Shown: positions 37,744 through 48,259 of the stretch, one piece after another
Position numbering within the stretch: position 1 is the first letter of the stretch
Layout: every line of letters starts with the position of its first letter
Origin: an uncultured archaeon
GTDB lineage: Archaea > Thermoplasmatota > Thermoplasmata > Thermoplasmatales > Thermoplasmataceae
Direction of reading: 5' to 3'
NCBI GenBank assembly: GCA_000965745.1
Contig: CP009479.1
Location: 1,664,001 to 1,728,000 of the forward strand
DNA length: 64,000 nucleotides
The notes under the pieces: model-generated
What the model saw: only the letters and a program-made list of their open reading frames with translations
Told to the model about the DNA's origin: nothing
Database searches by the model: none
Position numbers and translations under genes: made by a program

Positions 37744-40650
37744 ATGGGCTTATCCCTTTTTGTGCATTTACTTAATAAATTCATATTAGTGTACATTTTT
37801 ATATTGTTATTAGCCCCGGTTGGTCATTTACCTTCTTCCGGTAGGTCCGGCAATCTCGGGCCGTATGGAATAAGTAGCTTCAGCACAACCGGTTTTCAGA
37901 ATATTTCAAACAGCACCGTGATAGGAAACAATCTTTCACGATCCTACTACAGGATTTCAGGAAACCTCAGGATCGCGAAAAACGCTTCCCTAGAGCTGAT
38001 AAACACGGTCCTCATTTTCTCATTTCTTTCGGGGAACCATTCGTCCCTGCTTGTCCAAGGAAAACTGTCACTCTACAACTCAGAAATAACCATGTCTCAG
38101 CCCAATGGAGACCCCAATGCCCTCCAATTATCGGTTGCGGGGCAGAACAATACTGGCGCGAAGGTGGAATTGGTCAGCTCATCTGTAATGATTAACGGCA
38201 GTGTGAACGTCACGGGGTCAGACTTTTATGCCATTAATTCCACCATGACTTCACTCGGTCCGGGCAACTACCTTGGAACATCATTCTGGAACAGCACAGT
38301 ATATACTTACAACAGCACGTTTTCGGGTGAGAGGAGAGGGCATCCTGTCAGTGAATACACTTCCGGGAAATCCTACGGGCCAAACAGCTGGTACAGCAAT
38401 ATCGGGGACATTCCGCTGCATGGGATGGTAACAAAATCACCCGGCACTCTTGTCAATGAATTCAGGATTAAGCTCACGTACGGAGGCTACACTTACGGAA
38501 ATGCCTCTTACCTTCTGTTCAACGTTTCTGGGAAAACGGCTATGGAATACACACTCAAAAGCACGGGTTACACATTCAATGAAACAACGGTTGTATTGAC
38601 TTCACAAATTAACAGTACCCTGCCGGATGCGGGCTCGCTGGTGAATAACGGCAATTTCAGTGCATTCTTCACACTTGTTCCGTATCATACTAACACAACA
38701 ATATTCAACATCAGCATAACATTCCTCTCCAACGATTCAGTAGCACTTTACGGTGAGCAGTTCTATGGGCCGGTCCTGCATAATACCGAATATTATGCGG
38801 TAAAAAGCGGGTTCATGCTGAACTATGGCGGTAAGTATGTCTATGGCAGGATGCTTAACCCCGAAAAGAATTCATTCTTCCTGTGGAACGGGTCAAACCT
38901 CTACTTTGTTGGTTCCTACGCAATAGACCCGGGTGAGCAGGGGGTTTCAGCGCCGTTTGAGATTTACAGTTCAGGGGTCTATGTCTACTCCCTTCAGAAA
39001 ATAGTGGACATTGCGCCCGAGGGCATCCTCAACGGCACAGTCAATGCTGTCAGGGCGGATAACATAAATTCATCCCTCAATACCTACGCCAATCTGCACA
39101 ATGAAAACATGCTTGTCTCGCTGTCCAGGTTCGGGCTGGCTTACGGCAACCAATCATCATCGGGCTCAATCGTGCTGCCCCTTTTGAGGGTTGCAGAAAC
39201 TCAGTCATCTGCAAATTACTGCGGAAACTATGTCGATGTCACTGATGGACAGTACAGTTATTTCTCAGAAAACTCCTCATTCGTGTTTCTACACAATGCT
39301 ACATCCTTTGATGCCCACATTGTTATCCCACTGCTTTCCGCCGGCATAACACATGGTGCAGCAGTCTACGGGGACCCTGTCAATTTTACTCTGGAGGTTA
39401 CCTCGCTGTATGCACCTGCAAACAATGTCACCTTGAACGTCGGTGTATACAACTCGACACCAGTCCTGGATATCAGGAAGATAAATACAAATCTCACCAG
39501 CAATAACACTGAAATCTTCAACTGGACGATGAAGCCACGGCCTGCGCTGAGCCCGGGGGAGTACTCCCTGGTTGTTAAATTCTCGGGCATAAGCTATGCA
39601 TATAACAGGAACAGCACCCTTGTCAACCAGTCCCTTACACTCTTCTCGAACGTTAATCTGGGACTGGCTTACAATTACTCCTGGGAAGGGAACGCCAGCA
39701 GCATATCGCTAAACACTACGTTGTCAAACAGGGGCACTCAGTATGCAAACAACACAGCGCTGTTGGTCTATTTTTACGCCAAAACAGAGTTTCTCGGAGT
39801 GTATTCAACGTACATGGATGTCGGGCCGGGGCAGAAGATTACGAGGAATATTCTTTTTCAAGCAAATGTTCAGATAACCAACGCGACAATTGAGCTTGAA
39901 ACAAACAGCTCGATTCTACCCTACAGTGGGCCGGTTCTGAGAATCCCTGCACAGTTTAAATGGAATGGCGGAAGCCCGCCACGGCACTTTACTGTCAGGA
40001 TCGTCAGCAAAGGGCTTCCAGAGGGTACCATGTGGTCGGTAGTTTCCAACAACACGCTGTTCCAGACGCTCTCAACACATATGACCCTGACACTGCCGTC
40101 CGGAAGCAACAGTATAAAGGTGGGGAGTCCGGCTGGATATCATCCTGAGACAAAAGAAATGCACCTGGACCTGTCGGCGAATACCACCGTGTACATCACG
40201 TTTCTAGAGAACCTTTATGCTGTAACGTTCACGGTGTCGGGCAAAGTCCCTTATTCGGGCTGGGGAATAACATTTGGAAACCACACCTATGTACTTGACA
40301 ATGGCACATTTGCATTTGACGTTCCGGATGGAATATACAACTACACAGTAACAACGGGCCCCGGGTTTTCTGCCTATGAGAGCAATGGAACCTTCACTGT
40401 CGACAACGGCAACGTATCAGTCAGTATCATCATCCATGCTGACAAGAGAACCGATAATAATGGCAATCTCTTGAGGACGGTTGAGGAAATCTCCATAGTA
40501 GCAGGTATTTTTGGCGTGCCTGCCGGCAGCCTTTACTACAGGGGGATGAGGAAATCGGCATATCTCTGCGAGAAATGCTGGCGATCCCGCTCCTCGCGAT
40601 TTGGCAGATGCAGTTGCTCTCTGGAGAACGAAAAAAATAACGGGGAGTGA
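37744..40650 (+). CDS. Large surface glycoprotein with C-terminal repeats, TM anchor and Cys-rich cytoplasmic tail
   Basis: Signal peptide from ATG 37744, many sequons, two GLPxGTxWSV-type repeats, TM, then CEKC...CSC. Confidence 0.75.
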   Translation: MGLSLFVHLLNKFILVYIFILLLAPVGHLPSSGRSGNLGPYGISSFSTTGFQNISNSTVIGNNLSRSYYRISGNLRIAKNASLELINTVLIFSFLSGNHSSLLVQGKLSLYNSEITMSQPNGDPNALQLSVAGQNNTGAKVELVSSSVMINGSVNVTGSDFYAINSTMTSLGPGNYLGTSFWNSTVYTYNSTFSGERRGHPVSEYTSGKSYGPNSWYSNIGDIPLHGMVTKSPGTLVNEFRIKLTYGGYTYGNASYLLFNVSGKTAMEYTLKSTGYTFNETTVVLTSQINSTLPDAGSLVNNGNFSAFFTLVPYHTNTTIFNISITFLSNDSVALYGEQFYGPVLHNTEYYAVKSGFMLNYGGKYVYGRMLNPEKNSFFLWNGSNLYFVGSYAIDPGEQGVSAPFEIYSSGVYVYSLQKIVDIAPEGILNGTVNAVRADNINSSLNTYANLHNENMLVSLSRFGLAYGNQSSSGSIVLPLLRVAETQSSANYCGNYVDVTDGQYSYFSENSSFVFLHNATSFDAHIVIPLLSAGITHGAAVYGDPVNFTLEVTSLYAPANNVTLNVGVYNSTPVLDIRKINTNLTSNNTEIFNWTMKPRPALSPGEYSLVVKFSGISYAYNRNSTLVNQSLTLFSNVNLGLAYNYSWEGNASSISLNTTLSNRGTQYANNTALLVYFYAKTEFLGVYSTYMDVGPGQKITRNILFQANVQITNATIELETNSSILPYSGPVLRIPAQFKWNGGSPPRHFTVRIVSKGLPEGTMWSVVSNNTLFQTLSTHMTLTLPSGSNSIKVGSPAGYHPETKEMHLDLSANTTVYITFLENLYAVTFTVSGKVPYSGWGITFGNHTYVLDNGTFAFDVPDGIYNYTVTTGPGFSAYESNGTFTVDNGNVSVSIIIHADKRTDNNGNLLRTVEEISIVAGIFGVPAGSLYYRGMRKSAYLCEKCWRSRSSRFGRCSCSLENEKNNGE

Positions 40651-40683
40651 AAGGGTAAAATAGAAAAGTGGCAATAATGTGGC

Positions 40684-41139
40684 GTGGGAATATTACACAG
40701 AGCCCTTTTCATTGACAGGGATGGAACAATCAACAAGGACTGCCCCTACTGCATAGACCCTGACGACCTTGTGCTTTATGACGACACTGTGCGATTGATG
40801 AAACAGTACAAGAAGAACGGTTATCTCATAATAGTCGTGACAAACCAGTCGGGTATAGCGAGAGGATATTTCAGCGAAGAGCAACTGAAGCTATTTAACG
40901 ACAGGATGACTGAAGAACTTTTCAAGAGGGGGGTGGAAATCGATGACATATATTACTGCCCCCATCACCCCGATGATAACTGCAACTGCAGAAAACCCAA
41001 AACAGGGATGGTCGAGAGGGCGGTCAAGGAACATGATATCCTTCTTTCCCATTCCATCTTGGTGGGAGACAGGGACGACACCGACGGGGAAATGGCAAGA
41101 AAACTTGGCATCCATTTCAGGCAGGTAAATTATCCATGA
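40684..41139 (+). CDS. gmhB: HAD IIIA phosphatase (GmhB/histidinol-phosphatase family)
   Basis: FIDRDGTIN, VTNQSGIARG, CPHHP..CNCRKPKTGM, VGDR. Confidence 0.85.
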   Translation: MGILHRALFIDRDGTINKDCPYCIDPDDLVLYDDTVRLMKQYKKNGYLIIVVTNQSGIARGYFSEEQLKLFNDRMTEELFKRGVEIDDIYYCPHHPDDNCNCRKPKTGMVERAVKEHDILLSHSILVGDRDDTDGEMARKLGIHFRQVNYP

Positions 41140-41191
41140 TAGTGCATGACCGACAATAATTAATAGTGGGGAATATGATCGTCCCCAAGGC

Positions 41192-41665
41192 ATGCAGAGT
41201 GATCAACCCACAGTTGAATCCGGAGATTTTCTCGACCAGCTGAGCTGGGGATTCGTCAGGAGAAACATAGTCAGGGGGTTCAAATTTGCTGTTGCCGGAG
41301 GAACCGGTTTTCTTATAGCAGAGGGCCTGATTTTCATGGGTCTGGTGCTTGTGGGGGATAATTACCTTCTCCAGATCAACGCTGTAGCCGCAATACTGAG
41401 CATAGCCGGGGGGTTCTTTATCAACGAGCACTGGACATCACGCAACGAGGGTGACCATGGCGGCAGTGTCGGCGGCTTGCTTTTCAGGCTGTTCAAATTT
41501 GAACTTGTTTACGGCCTCGGCAACATCATATCAATCGCTGTGCAGCTGTTTCTGTTCTATTACTTCTCAGTTTATCCGCTCATTGGGAACATCGCCGGAG
41601 CAGTTGCCGCGCTTCCAGCCAATTATTTCGTCAGCATGGTTGTTGTCTGGAGAATAAAGCTCTAG
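41192..41665 (+). CDS. GtrA family membrane protein
   Basis: KFAVAGGTG, FFINEHWT, NYFVS..VVW; four TMs. Confidence 0.8.
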   Translation: MQSDQPTVESGDFLDQLSWGFVRRNIVRGFKFAVAGGTGFLIAEGLIFMGLVLVGDNYLLQINAVAAILSIAGGFFINEHWTSRNEGDHGGSVGGLLFRLFKFELVYGLGNIISIAVQLFLFYYFSVYPLIGNIAGAVAALPANYFVSMVVVWRIKL

Positions 41666-44472
41666 AATTTCGGATCATTCTGCGGAGTTGAATTGAGCTC
41701 CTCCAGTATAACGTCACCGAGGATGTCCCCGAAATTGTTGCTGTCATTTCTTACATCCTCTATGAACTTCTCATTGTCCTCCCTGTACTCAAGGAATCTC
41801 TGGAATTTTCTTCTTTCAAACTCGAAGTGCTGGGCGTGGTAGGTTGGAGTGTCAACATACATGTCGATCTTGCCTGTGTTGACTGCGGGCCTGAGATAGA
41901 CATAAAGCACAATAGTTTCTATATTCTCCTCCTTCACCCCTCTCTGAACTGAAAGCATCTTCCTGTAGAGTGAAAGCTGCCTGCGATAGTTCGTATCGGC
42001 AGAGTCGCTATTCTTCCTGTACCTCAATTCTTCCTCGATCCTTCTGGAGGTCTTGAAATCCACGATAATGTAATGCTGCTCGCCATTTTCCTCGAAACTG
42101 TATATTGCGTCTATGAACCCTTTCACCTTGAGGCCTGAAACAGGCAGGCTGAATACTGACTCGGCATCGCTGTTCATCGCAGCCTCCGCCTCAACTCTTC
42201 CGACCTTGTGCTGGCTCATGACAGAATTGTGAAAAGTGAGGAAGTTGTCAAAGGCCATTTTCTCTTCCGGTGTGGGATTCTCAGGCACCTTTTTCCCTCC
42301 AGACCTGATAAAAGCCTCAATGAGTGTGTGAATCTTAGTCCCCATATCCATGGATTCGCTCCTGAAGGGAACTCTGAGAATGTATTGTTTGAGAAGTTCC
42401 ATGGGCCGGTCGACTTTGCTGAGTAGCGAATGGCTGATATTTCCGGGTGAGGAGAAATAATTCCCTATTGCTTCCCTCAACCAGTTCATCCTCCCCTCCA
42501 TTGCTGCCTTAGCCTCTTCGTACCTTCCCTCAACAAAGAGAGAGTATGCCAGTATGTGCCTGGACTTGAAGGGATCATCAATCTTCTGTCCTGAAAGATC
42601 AAGGTCTTTCACTTCAGGCGTCCCGACCTCGAACCTCTGGGCGGCCTTGGGATCCACTACCAGCAGGAGCCTTTGCTTTGCCCTGGTGACTGCCACGAAA
42701 TCGACCCTGAGGTTCTCAAGGCTCAACTCACTCTCATCACTTGTAATACCCCTTGACGCAAGGATTGCATTGACAACAGAATCAAGCGTTGATAGCCTGC
42801 GGTTACTAGTCTGGACGGGCCAGTATATCACGTTGTCAAATTCCAGCCCTTTTGCCTTGTGAACAGTGGTTACAACAAGGTTTGATTTGCCGGTGAGTTC
42901 GATCTGGCCTTCATTGGCAAGCCTCAGGAAGTCCATGTACGAATCCAGAGTCCCGTTTATTTCATCAAAATATTCTGTAGTAGATTTGTACATCCCCTTT
43001 GCAGTGTTGTAGTATTTCTTGCCCATGGCCACGGACTTCGGGATGATGATCTCCTGGAAGAGGTCCTCTATTCCGGTGTGGTCTTTTCCATATCTCTCCA
43101 GCTTCTTGACAAATTCAGTGAGGTCAATTATGCTGATGGCCTCGCTGTAGTTCTTGTACTGAATAATCCTGCAGATCTCAAAAGCCTCCTTGAGTGTGAA
43201 CCCGGAAAAAGGTGAAAATATGCATTCTCTCAGCGAGTCGGTTGATCTTTCAATAAACCCCCTCAGGAAAGTGACAATGTCCCTTCTTGCTGAAAAGGAG
43301 AACCTCGAGGATGATGTGCTCTCATAGTCGATACCATTGATATCCAGCATGTGTGTGATCCTGTCCGCCTGCGCGTTGTTCCTGACTATTATTGCAGTCT
43401 TCTCCTCGGAAAACTGTGGGACTTTGTCCTTAAGGTACTTCAGGGAATCGAGGATTGATATTTCCGGCTTCCTCGTTATTATTCTGCTTATCTCACCCTT
43501 TTCCTCCGTTGCGGATGCATAATCAGGAAGTTCGTGGTAGCTCTGCGGGTCCGGGACGTTCTTAAGGAAAAACTCCTTCGCATAGGAAACAAGATTGCTA
43601 CCGGACCTGAAGTTCCTGACCAGATTAAGCGGGTTCAGGCTTTTCTCGGAGCTGAAGCGCCTGAAATTTCTTACGTTTCCCCCCTGAAATCCGAAAATTG
43701 CCTGTTTTACATCGCCAACCAGGAAGAATTTCTCCCCGGACTTGTCAATTATCCGGGCCTCCATGTCATTGATGTCCTGGAGCTCATCGACGAAGACATA
43801 GCGGTATTTCCTGGTCTGTGACAATTTGAGGTACTCTATCAGCATGTCCTCGTAATCTATCGTATCGGTGGACTTGACCTTCTCATAGTCCCTGAATGCT
43901 TCCTGGAAGAATTTCAGGAGGTGTTCCGCCTCATTAAGCTGCTCTTCATACTTCTCCCAGTTTCTGGAATAATTTGACCCGAGTATCTCTTCAAGGTGTC
44001 TCATCACAGAAATCGGGTTTATATCGTTCGGGGTTACGCCGTAGCTCTTGATGTACCTGATCGCATTGACAAATTTTCCGACAGTCGGGATTGAGCCGTA
44101 TTCATCATTGAGTATGGTCTCCTTCGGGTAATTGAGGGCCTTGTTGTCCACTATGCTCCTCATTACGGCATATCTCGCAAGATTGTCACTTATCACTCGC
44201 AGTTCCCTGTTTCCATTGTTGAGGACTGAGAATGCATAACTGTGGAATGTGTGAACCTCGGGGAGAGCTGATGAAATTTTGTATTCCATGAGCTTCTGGA
44301 ATATCCTCTTTTCCATTTCGTCCGCAGCCCTTTCGGTAAAAGTAATGCAGAGCATATCCTCAGGGCTCACTCCCTGCTTAATATAATCGCAAATTGCCTC
44401 TGAAAGCTGGTGCGTCTTTCCCGAACCGGGATTTGCAACCAGCATGTAGTTGGAAGAAGGATTGTATTCCAT
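41662..44472 (-). CDS. UvrD/Rep SF1A helicase fused to a C-terminal PD-(D/E)XK (RecB/AddA-like) nuclease
   Basis: ANPGSGKT, ITFT, TFHS, VDELQD, VGDVKQAIFGFQG, NFRS, TVHKAKGLEFD, VAVTRAK; nuclease GFIDAI...VDFKTS...QLSLY; start probably ATG 44472. Confidence 0.92.
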   Translation of the reverse strand: MEYNPSSNYMLVANPGSGKTHQLSEAICDYIKQGVSPEDMLCITFTERAADEMEKRIFQKLMEYKISSALPEVHTFHSYAFSVLNNGNRELRVISDNLARYAVMRSIVDNKALNYPKETILNDEYGSIPTVGKFVNAIRYIKSYGVTPNDINPISVMRHLEEILGSNYSRNWEKYEEQLNEAEHLLKFFQEAFRDYEKVKSTDTIDYEDMLIEYLKLSQTRKYRYVFVDELQDINDMEARIIDKSGEKFFLVGDVKQAIFGFQGGNVRNFRRFSSEKSLNPLNLVRNFRSGSNLVSYAKEFFLKNVPDPQSYHELPDYASATEEKGEISRIITRKPEISILDSLKYLKDKVPQFSEEKTAIIVRNNAQADRITHMLDINGIDYESTSSSRFSFSARRDIVTFLRGFIERSTDSLRECIFSPFSGFTLKEAFEICRIIQYKNYSEAISIIDLTEFVKKLERYGKDHTGIEDLFQEIIIPKSVAMGKKYYNTAKGMYKSTTEYFDEINGTLDSYMDFLRLANEGQIELTGKSNLVVTTVHKAKGLEFDNVIYWPVQTSNRRLSTLDSVVNAILASRGITSDESELSLENLRVDFVAVTRAKQRLLLVVDPKAAQRFEVGTPEVKDLDLSGQKIDDPFKSRHILAYSLFVEGRYEEAKAAMEGRMNWLREAIGNYFSSPGNISHSLLSKVDRPMELLKQYILRVPFRSESMDMGTKIHTLIEAFIRSGGKKVPENPTPEEKMAFDNFLTFHNSVMSQHKVGRVEAEAAMNSDAESVFSLPVSGLKVKGFIDAIYSFEENGEQHYIIVDFKTSRRIEEELRYRKNSDSADTNYRRQLSLYRKMLSVQRGVKEENIETIVLYVYLRPAVNTGKIDMYVDTPTYHAQHFEFERRKFQRFLEYREDNEKFIEDVRNDSNNFGDILGDVILEELNSTPQNDPKF

Positions 44473-44665
44473 GCTGATTCTGCCATGCCTACTACGTATT
44501 AAGAGATTATCAGGGCCCATGGAAATGGGGAATGCAACCACTTATCGGCCTAGAATAAGGGCATACTTCGCGTTGCATTGAAAGATACCAAATGTTATGG
44601 CCATACAACTTCTGCCCTAACCTTTCAGGCGCCATGTTCATGCGTCTGATTCAGCATCAATAAGC

Positions 44666-45112
44666 ATGGCCAAGAGATCCATTCCAATCCTTACACTGAT
44701 TGCCGTTGAAGCCATAACCGCAAGTCTGGGCATAATCTCGGGGATTGTTCTTCTGTCGGACCCCTCCGGGGATACAATGGGAATGGGCTTCATGATACCG
44801 ATGATTCCATTAATCAGCGATTTCACCGCAGTTGGTGCCTGGCTTCTCATTGTGTTTGGGATATTTCCCGGGGTGCTTGCATACGGTCTTTGGGCAGGAA
44901 GGAGCTGGAGCCTGTTCGGCTCATTTTTCCTCGGTGCCATTGAGATTGTCTGGATAGCTGTCCAGGTCATATTGCTGTATAGTGTTGGTTTCAGCATCTG
45001 GCAGGCAATTATTCCGTTGATGGCTGTATTCGCAATCTTCATGTTTTTTGCACCAGGAATAAGGGCACATTTTCCATACTGGCAAAGAAAAAGGCTTGCG
45101 GACCGAAGATGA
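44666..45112 (+). CDS. Four-TM hypothetical membrane protein
   Basis: Hydrophobic pattern, DPSG motif, WIAVQ. Confidence 0.7.
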   Translation: MAKRSIPILTLIAVEAITASLGIISGIVLLSDPSGDTMGMGFMIPMIPLISDFTAVGAWLLIVFGIFPGVLAYGLWAGRSWSLFGSFFLGAIEIVWIAVQVILLYSVGFSIWQAIIPLMAVFAIFMFFAPGIRAHFPYWQRKRLADRR

Positions 45113-45241
45113 AAGAATTCCTGTAATGAAATGACCCATGAAGGCCGTGGGTTGTGAAACGCAGCCTTCTTTCCACGGGGCAATGAATAAGGGTGATTTG
45201 GCCAATCAGATCTGAGAAAGATAATCTGGATTCTGGTAAGG

Positions 45242-45817
45242 CTAGAGCTCCTTCAGGATATCCTCTGTTATCCTGACCCTGCCAATTCTTTTCAGCACAT
45301 AGTTTATGGCGTTATGGTGTGCTTCCTCAGACAGGTCTGTCATGGCATCCTCGGGGAAAATCTGGTTAAAGCCGTATTCGTATGCGAACCTGGCAGTGCT
45401 CTCTACTCCGTATGTTGTTGCAATCCCGCCAAGCACTATGGTGTCTATCCCTCTTCTCCTGAGTTGCAGTTCCAGGTCTGTTCCGTAGAAAGCCCCCCAC
45501 TGCCTCTTGGTTATGACCACATCCCCATCCTTTGGCCCGATTTCAGGAACAATATCGGCCCAGTCTGCGGGAATATCGCCTCTGCCACTCATCTGGCTGT
45601 CACTCTTTACCTTCAATGCAGTGCCCGGTGTAAAATTCACATGGACAAGAAACACAGGCATGCTGTTCTTCCTGAACGCGTCTGCAAGCATGGATGCATT
45701 TTTCACTACCTCATTGGTCGGCAACGGTTTCCCTTCCCTGCCAACAATTCCCTTCTGAAGGTCAATGAGAACAAGTGCTGTGGTTTCTTTGTTTATGTTG
45801 AGTGCTTCCTGCGTCAT
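45242..45817 (-). CDS. Isochorismatase-family hydrolase (YecD-like)
   Basis: LIDLQKGI, KRQWGAFYGTDL, GIATTYGVESTAR. Confidence 0.92.
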   Translation of the reverse strand: MTQEALNINKETTALVLIDLQKGIVGREGKPLPTNEVVKNASMLADAFRKNSMPVFLVHVNFTPGTALKVKSDSQMSGRGDIPADWADIVPEIGPKDGDVVITKRQWGAFYGTDLELQLRRRGIDTIVLGGIATTYGVESTARFAYEYGFNQIFPEDAMTDLSEEAHHNAINYVLKRIGRVRITEDILKEL

Positions 45818-45917
45818 GCTCGGTAATTGAGAACTCCGTTAAAGCAGTTTGTTGCCATGAAAAAAGTATTTAAATTTTCTCAAGAGGCTGAAAAATCCGG
45901 TTTTCCGAGAGAAAAGA

Positions 45918-47135
45918 ATGAATAAGAGATGGGATTCTCCGATTACGGAAAGCAAGGACATCATACTTTCACTGGCGTTCGTCACATTCTACGTGAATTC
46001 AGCGGTTCGTTTCTTCATACCTGCGGTAATGCCACTGATAATCATCTCTCTCCACGTGTCCCTCGCGTATGCTGCGGTTCTGGTTACATCCTACTGGGTG
46101 GGATACACGATCATGCAGATACCCTCCGGGATAATCAACGATAAATTCACATCCTCAAGGGTAAACAAGGTATCTTTCCTGGCAATGTCCGCCGTCTTCA
46201 CCCTGTTCTACTTTTACATGGGCAATTTTACTGCCCTTCTCTTGATTCAGTTCTCGCTGGGCATTCTTTCAGCCCTTGTGTACATATCAGATGTAAGCCT
46301 CATTCAGACCTGGTTTACGCACAGGCAGAGAACAATATCAGTTGGGATCTACCAGACAGCGTTTTTCCTCGGCGCATCCCTGGGTGAGTACATAACTATA
46401 ACACTTGCCTCGGTGTCGGTGAACCTCCCTATTCTCGTCATATCCATATTCCTCTTTGCTCTCGGTTTTGTGAATCTTGTATTCATAAAGGACCCGGAAC
46501 ACGTCCAGAGGCGTGTTAGAAAACGCATCAAAGTTTCTATCTCATCAGGAATTGCCTATGTTAGCCTGATCAGGTTCTCTGCGAGTTTTGTCTATCTGGG
46601 TTTCCTGTCTCTATTTACAACATACCTTGTTACAAGCGGGAAAATATCATACGCGGGAAGCGCAAACTATTCATGGCTTGCCGCAGTCGCCGGGCTGGTC
46701 GGTTCTCCCCTTGGCGGGATATTGACTGACAGATACGCAAAGACAAAGCTTTACCCGGCACTCATTTCAAACGTTCTGATAGCCTTCCTTGTTATTTTGA
46801 TCGCATTTGTGACAAACATCACCATTATAGTCCCGCTGGCCCTCATGATGGGATTCCTCTACGGTATCTACGCATCACCCTCAATGAGCCTGGCGACTGA
46901 ACTGAGTAAGAGTGATGAAGAGATCGGTTCAGCAAGCGGATTTCTCAATTTCTCGGCACAGATAGGCGGCAGTGTTTCACCACTCATAATTGGTTTCATG
47001 GCTGAGGCAACGGGGAACTATTCACTCTCATTTGTCATCATTGGAGTAATCTCCCTGATTTTCCTCTCCCCACTCGCAATGCTTATCAGGAGTAAAAAGG
47101 AAGGCACAATTTATGTCAGGACTGCAGAAGAGTGA
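45918..47135 (+). CDS. MFS transporter
   Basis: 12 TMs, QIPSGIINDK, GILTDRY. Confidence 0.85.
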   Translation: MNKRWDSPITESKDIILSLAFVTFYVNSAVRFFIPAVMPLIIISLHVSLAYAAVLVTSYWVGYTIMQIPSGIINDKFTSSRVNKVSFLAMSAVFTLFYFYMGNFTALLLIQFSLGILSALVYISDVSLIQTWFTHRQRTISVGIYQTAFFLGASLGEYITITLASVSVNLPILVISIFLFALGFVNLVFIKDPEHVQRRVRKRIKVSISSGIAYVSLIRFSASFVYLGFLSLFTTYLVTSGKISYAGSANYSWLAAVAGLVGSPLGGILTDRYAKTKLYPALISNVLIAFLVILIAFVTNITIIVPLALMMGFLYGIYASPSMSLATELSKSDEEIGSASGFLNFSAQIGGSVSPLIIGFMAEATGNYSLSFVIIGVISLIFLSPLAMLIRSKKEGTIYVRTAEE

Positions 47136-47187
47136 AAGAAGCTGCAAAAATGCCAAACTAATTTAGCCTAAACTGATTATATTAATT

Positions 47188-48096
47188 ATGCCGAAGAAAA
47201 ATGATGACGAATGGTTCAAATCCAAATGGGGAAGCGATGACCAGCTTGGGACCCTGAACCTGCTAAACCAGGACAAAGTCCTGGAAACATTGAAACTTGT
47301 CAGAACCGGAAAGGTCATCCAGCTCGGGCACCAGATGTACAACGGCATGCCGGGAAGGCACGCTTTCCACGGCCCTTTCTATTACCTCATATCACAGAGA
47401 GTGTACGACAACAGGCCTCCCTTCAGGGAGCCAACCAAAAACGGATTCGGCGGAGCACTTGGAAGGGTGGAGATGAGCGACCATACTGGGACGCATCTTG
47501 ACGCGCTGAACCACATCTCCAAGGATGAAAAGTACTACAACGGGATAGATTCACATGAGGTCACCGGGAACACCGGCACATCAAAACTGGGAATTGATAC
47601 CTCTCCAGCCATAGTCACACGCGGAGTAATGGTGGATGTCACCAAGGGCGCCAACAATATCGCAGAAAGGGGAAAGCCCATATCAGTAAAGCAGGTTGAG
47701 GAATTTCTAGACGCACACTTTCTTGATGTGGTTGCGGGAGATGCAATATTCTTCTACACTGGTGTGTCAAGGCTCTGGGACAATTCTGACCAGTACAATT
47801 CCTATTTTGAATCTTCTCCCGGGATAGGCATGGAACTCGCGAAATGGATTGCGTCAAAAGGTGCTTCGGTTTCAGGAGCTGATGTGCCGTCTTCTGAGGT
47901 CGTACCTGCGGAAAAGCCCGGTGAAAGGTTGCCTGTTCACCAGGAACTGATCACGAAGAACGGAATCAGGCTAATAGACAACATAAAGCTAGACGAGCTT
48001 GCAAAGGAGAAGGTGTATGAGTTCCTTTTTGTGTGTTCACCACTGAGAATCAAGGGAGGAACTGCGTCACCGGTTGTACCTCTTGCAATATTCTAA
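47188..48096 (+). CDS. Cyclase / kynurenine formamidase-like metal hydrolase
   Basis: WGSDDQLGTLN, HTGTHLDALNH, TRGVMVD, GGTASPVVPLA. Confidence 0.9.
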   Translation: MPKKNDDEWFKSKWGSDDQLGTLNLLNQDKVLETLKLVRTGKVIQLGHQMYNGMPGRHAFHGPFYYLISQRVYDNRPPFREPTKNGFGGALGRVEMSDHTGTHLDALNHISKDEKYYNGIDSHEVTGNTGTSKLGIDTSPAIVTRGVMVDVTKGANNIAERGKPISVKQVEEFLDAHFLDVVAGDAIFFYTGVSRLWDNSDQYNSYFESSPGIGMELAKWIASKGASVSGADVPSSEVVPAEKPGERLPVHQELITKNGIRLIDNIKLDELAKEKVYEFLFVCSPLRIKGGTASPVVPLAIF

Positions 48097-48259
48097 TTTT
48101 TACACACCTTGATTCTTATGCCGGATTAAGTGCAAAGTGTGAGATGGACAATATCAGTGCATTCCTGAATAGTTAGACTTTACCTATTATGGATGCCATT
48201 TTCAACCTTTTAGTTTCCAAAGAGAAAGTATTATATGTTACCAATTCCCATGATAGGCC

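Noticed and set aside
41662-42400. Cas4 / CRISPR adaptation nuclease
   Set aside because: The nuclease domain lacks the Fe-S cysteines and there are no cas genes or array nearby
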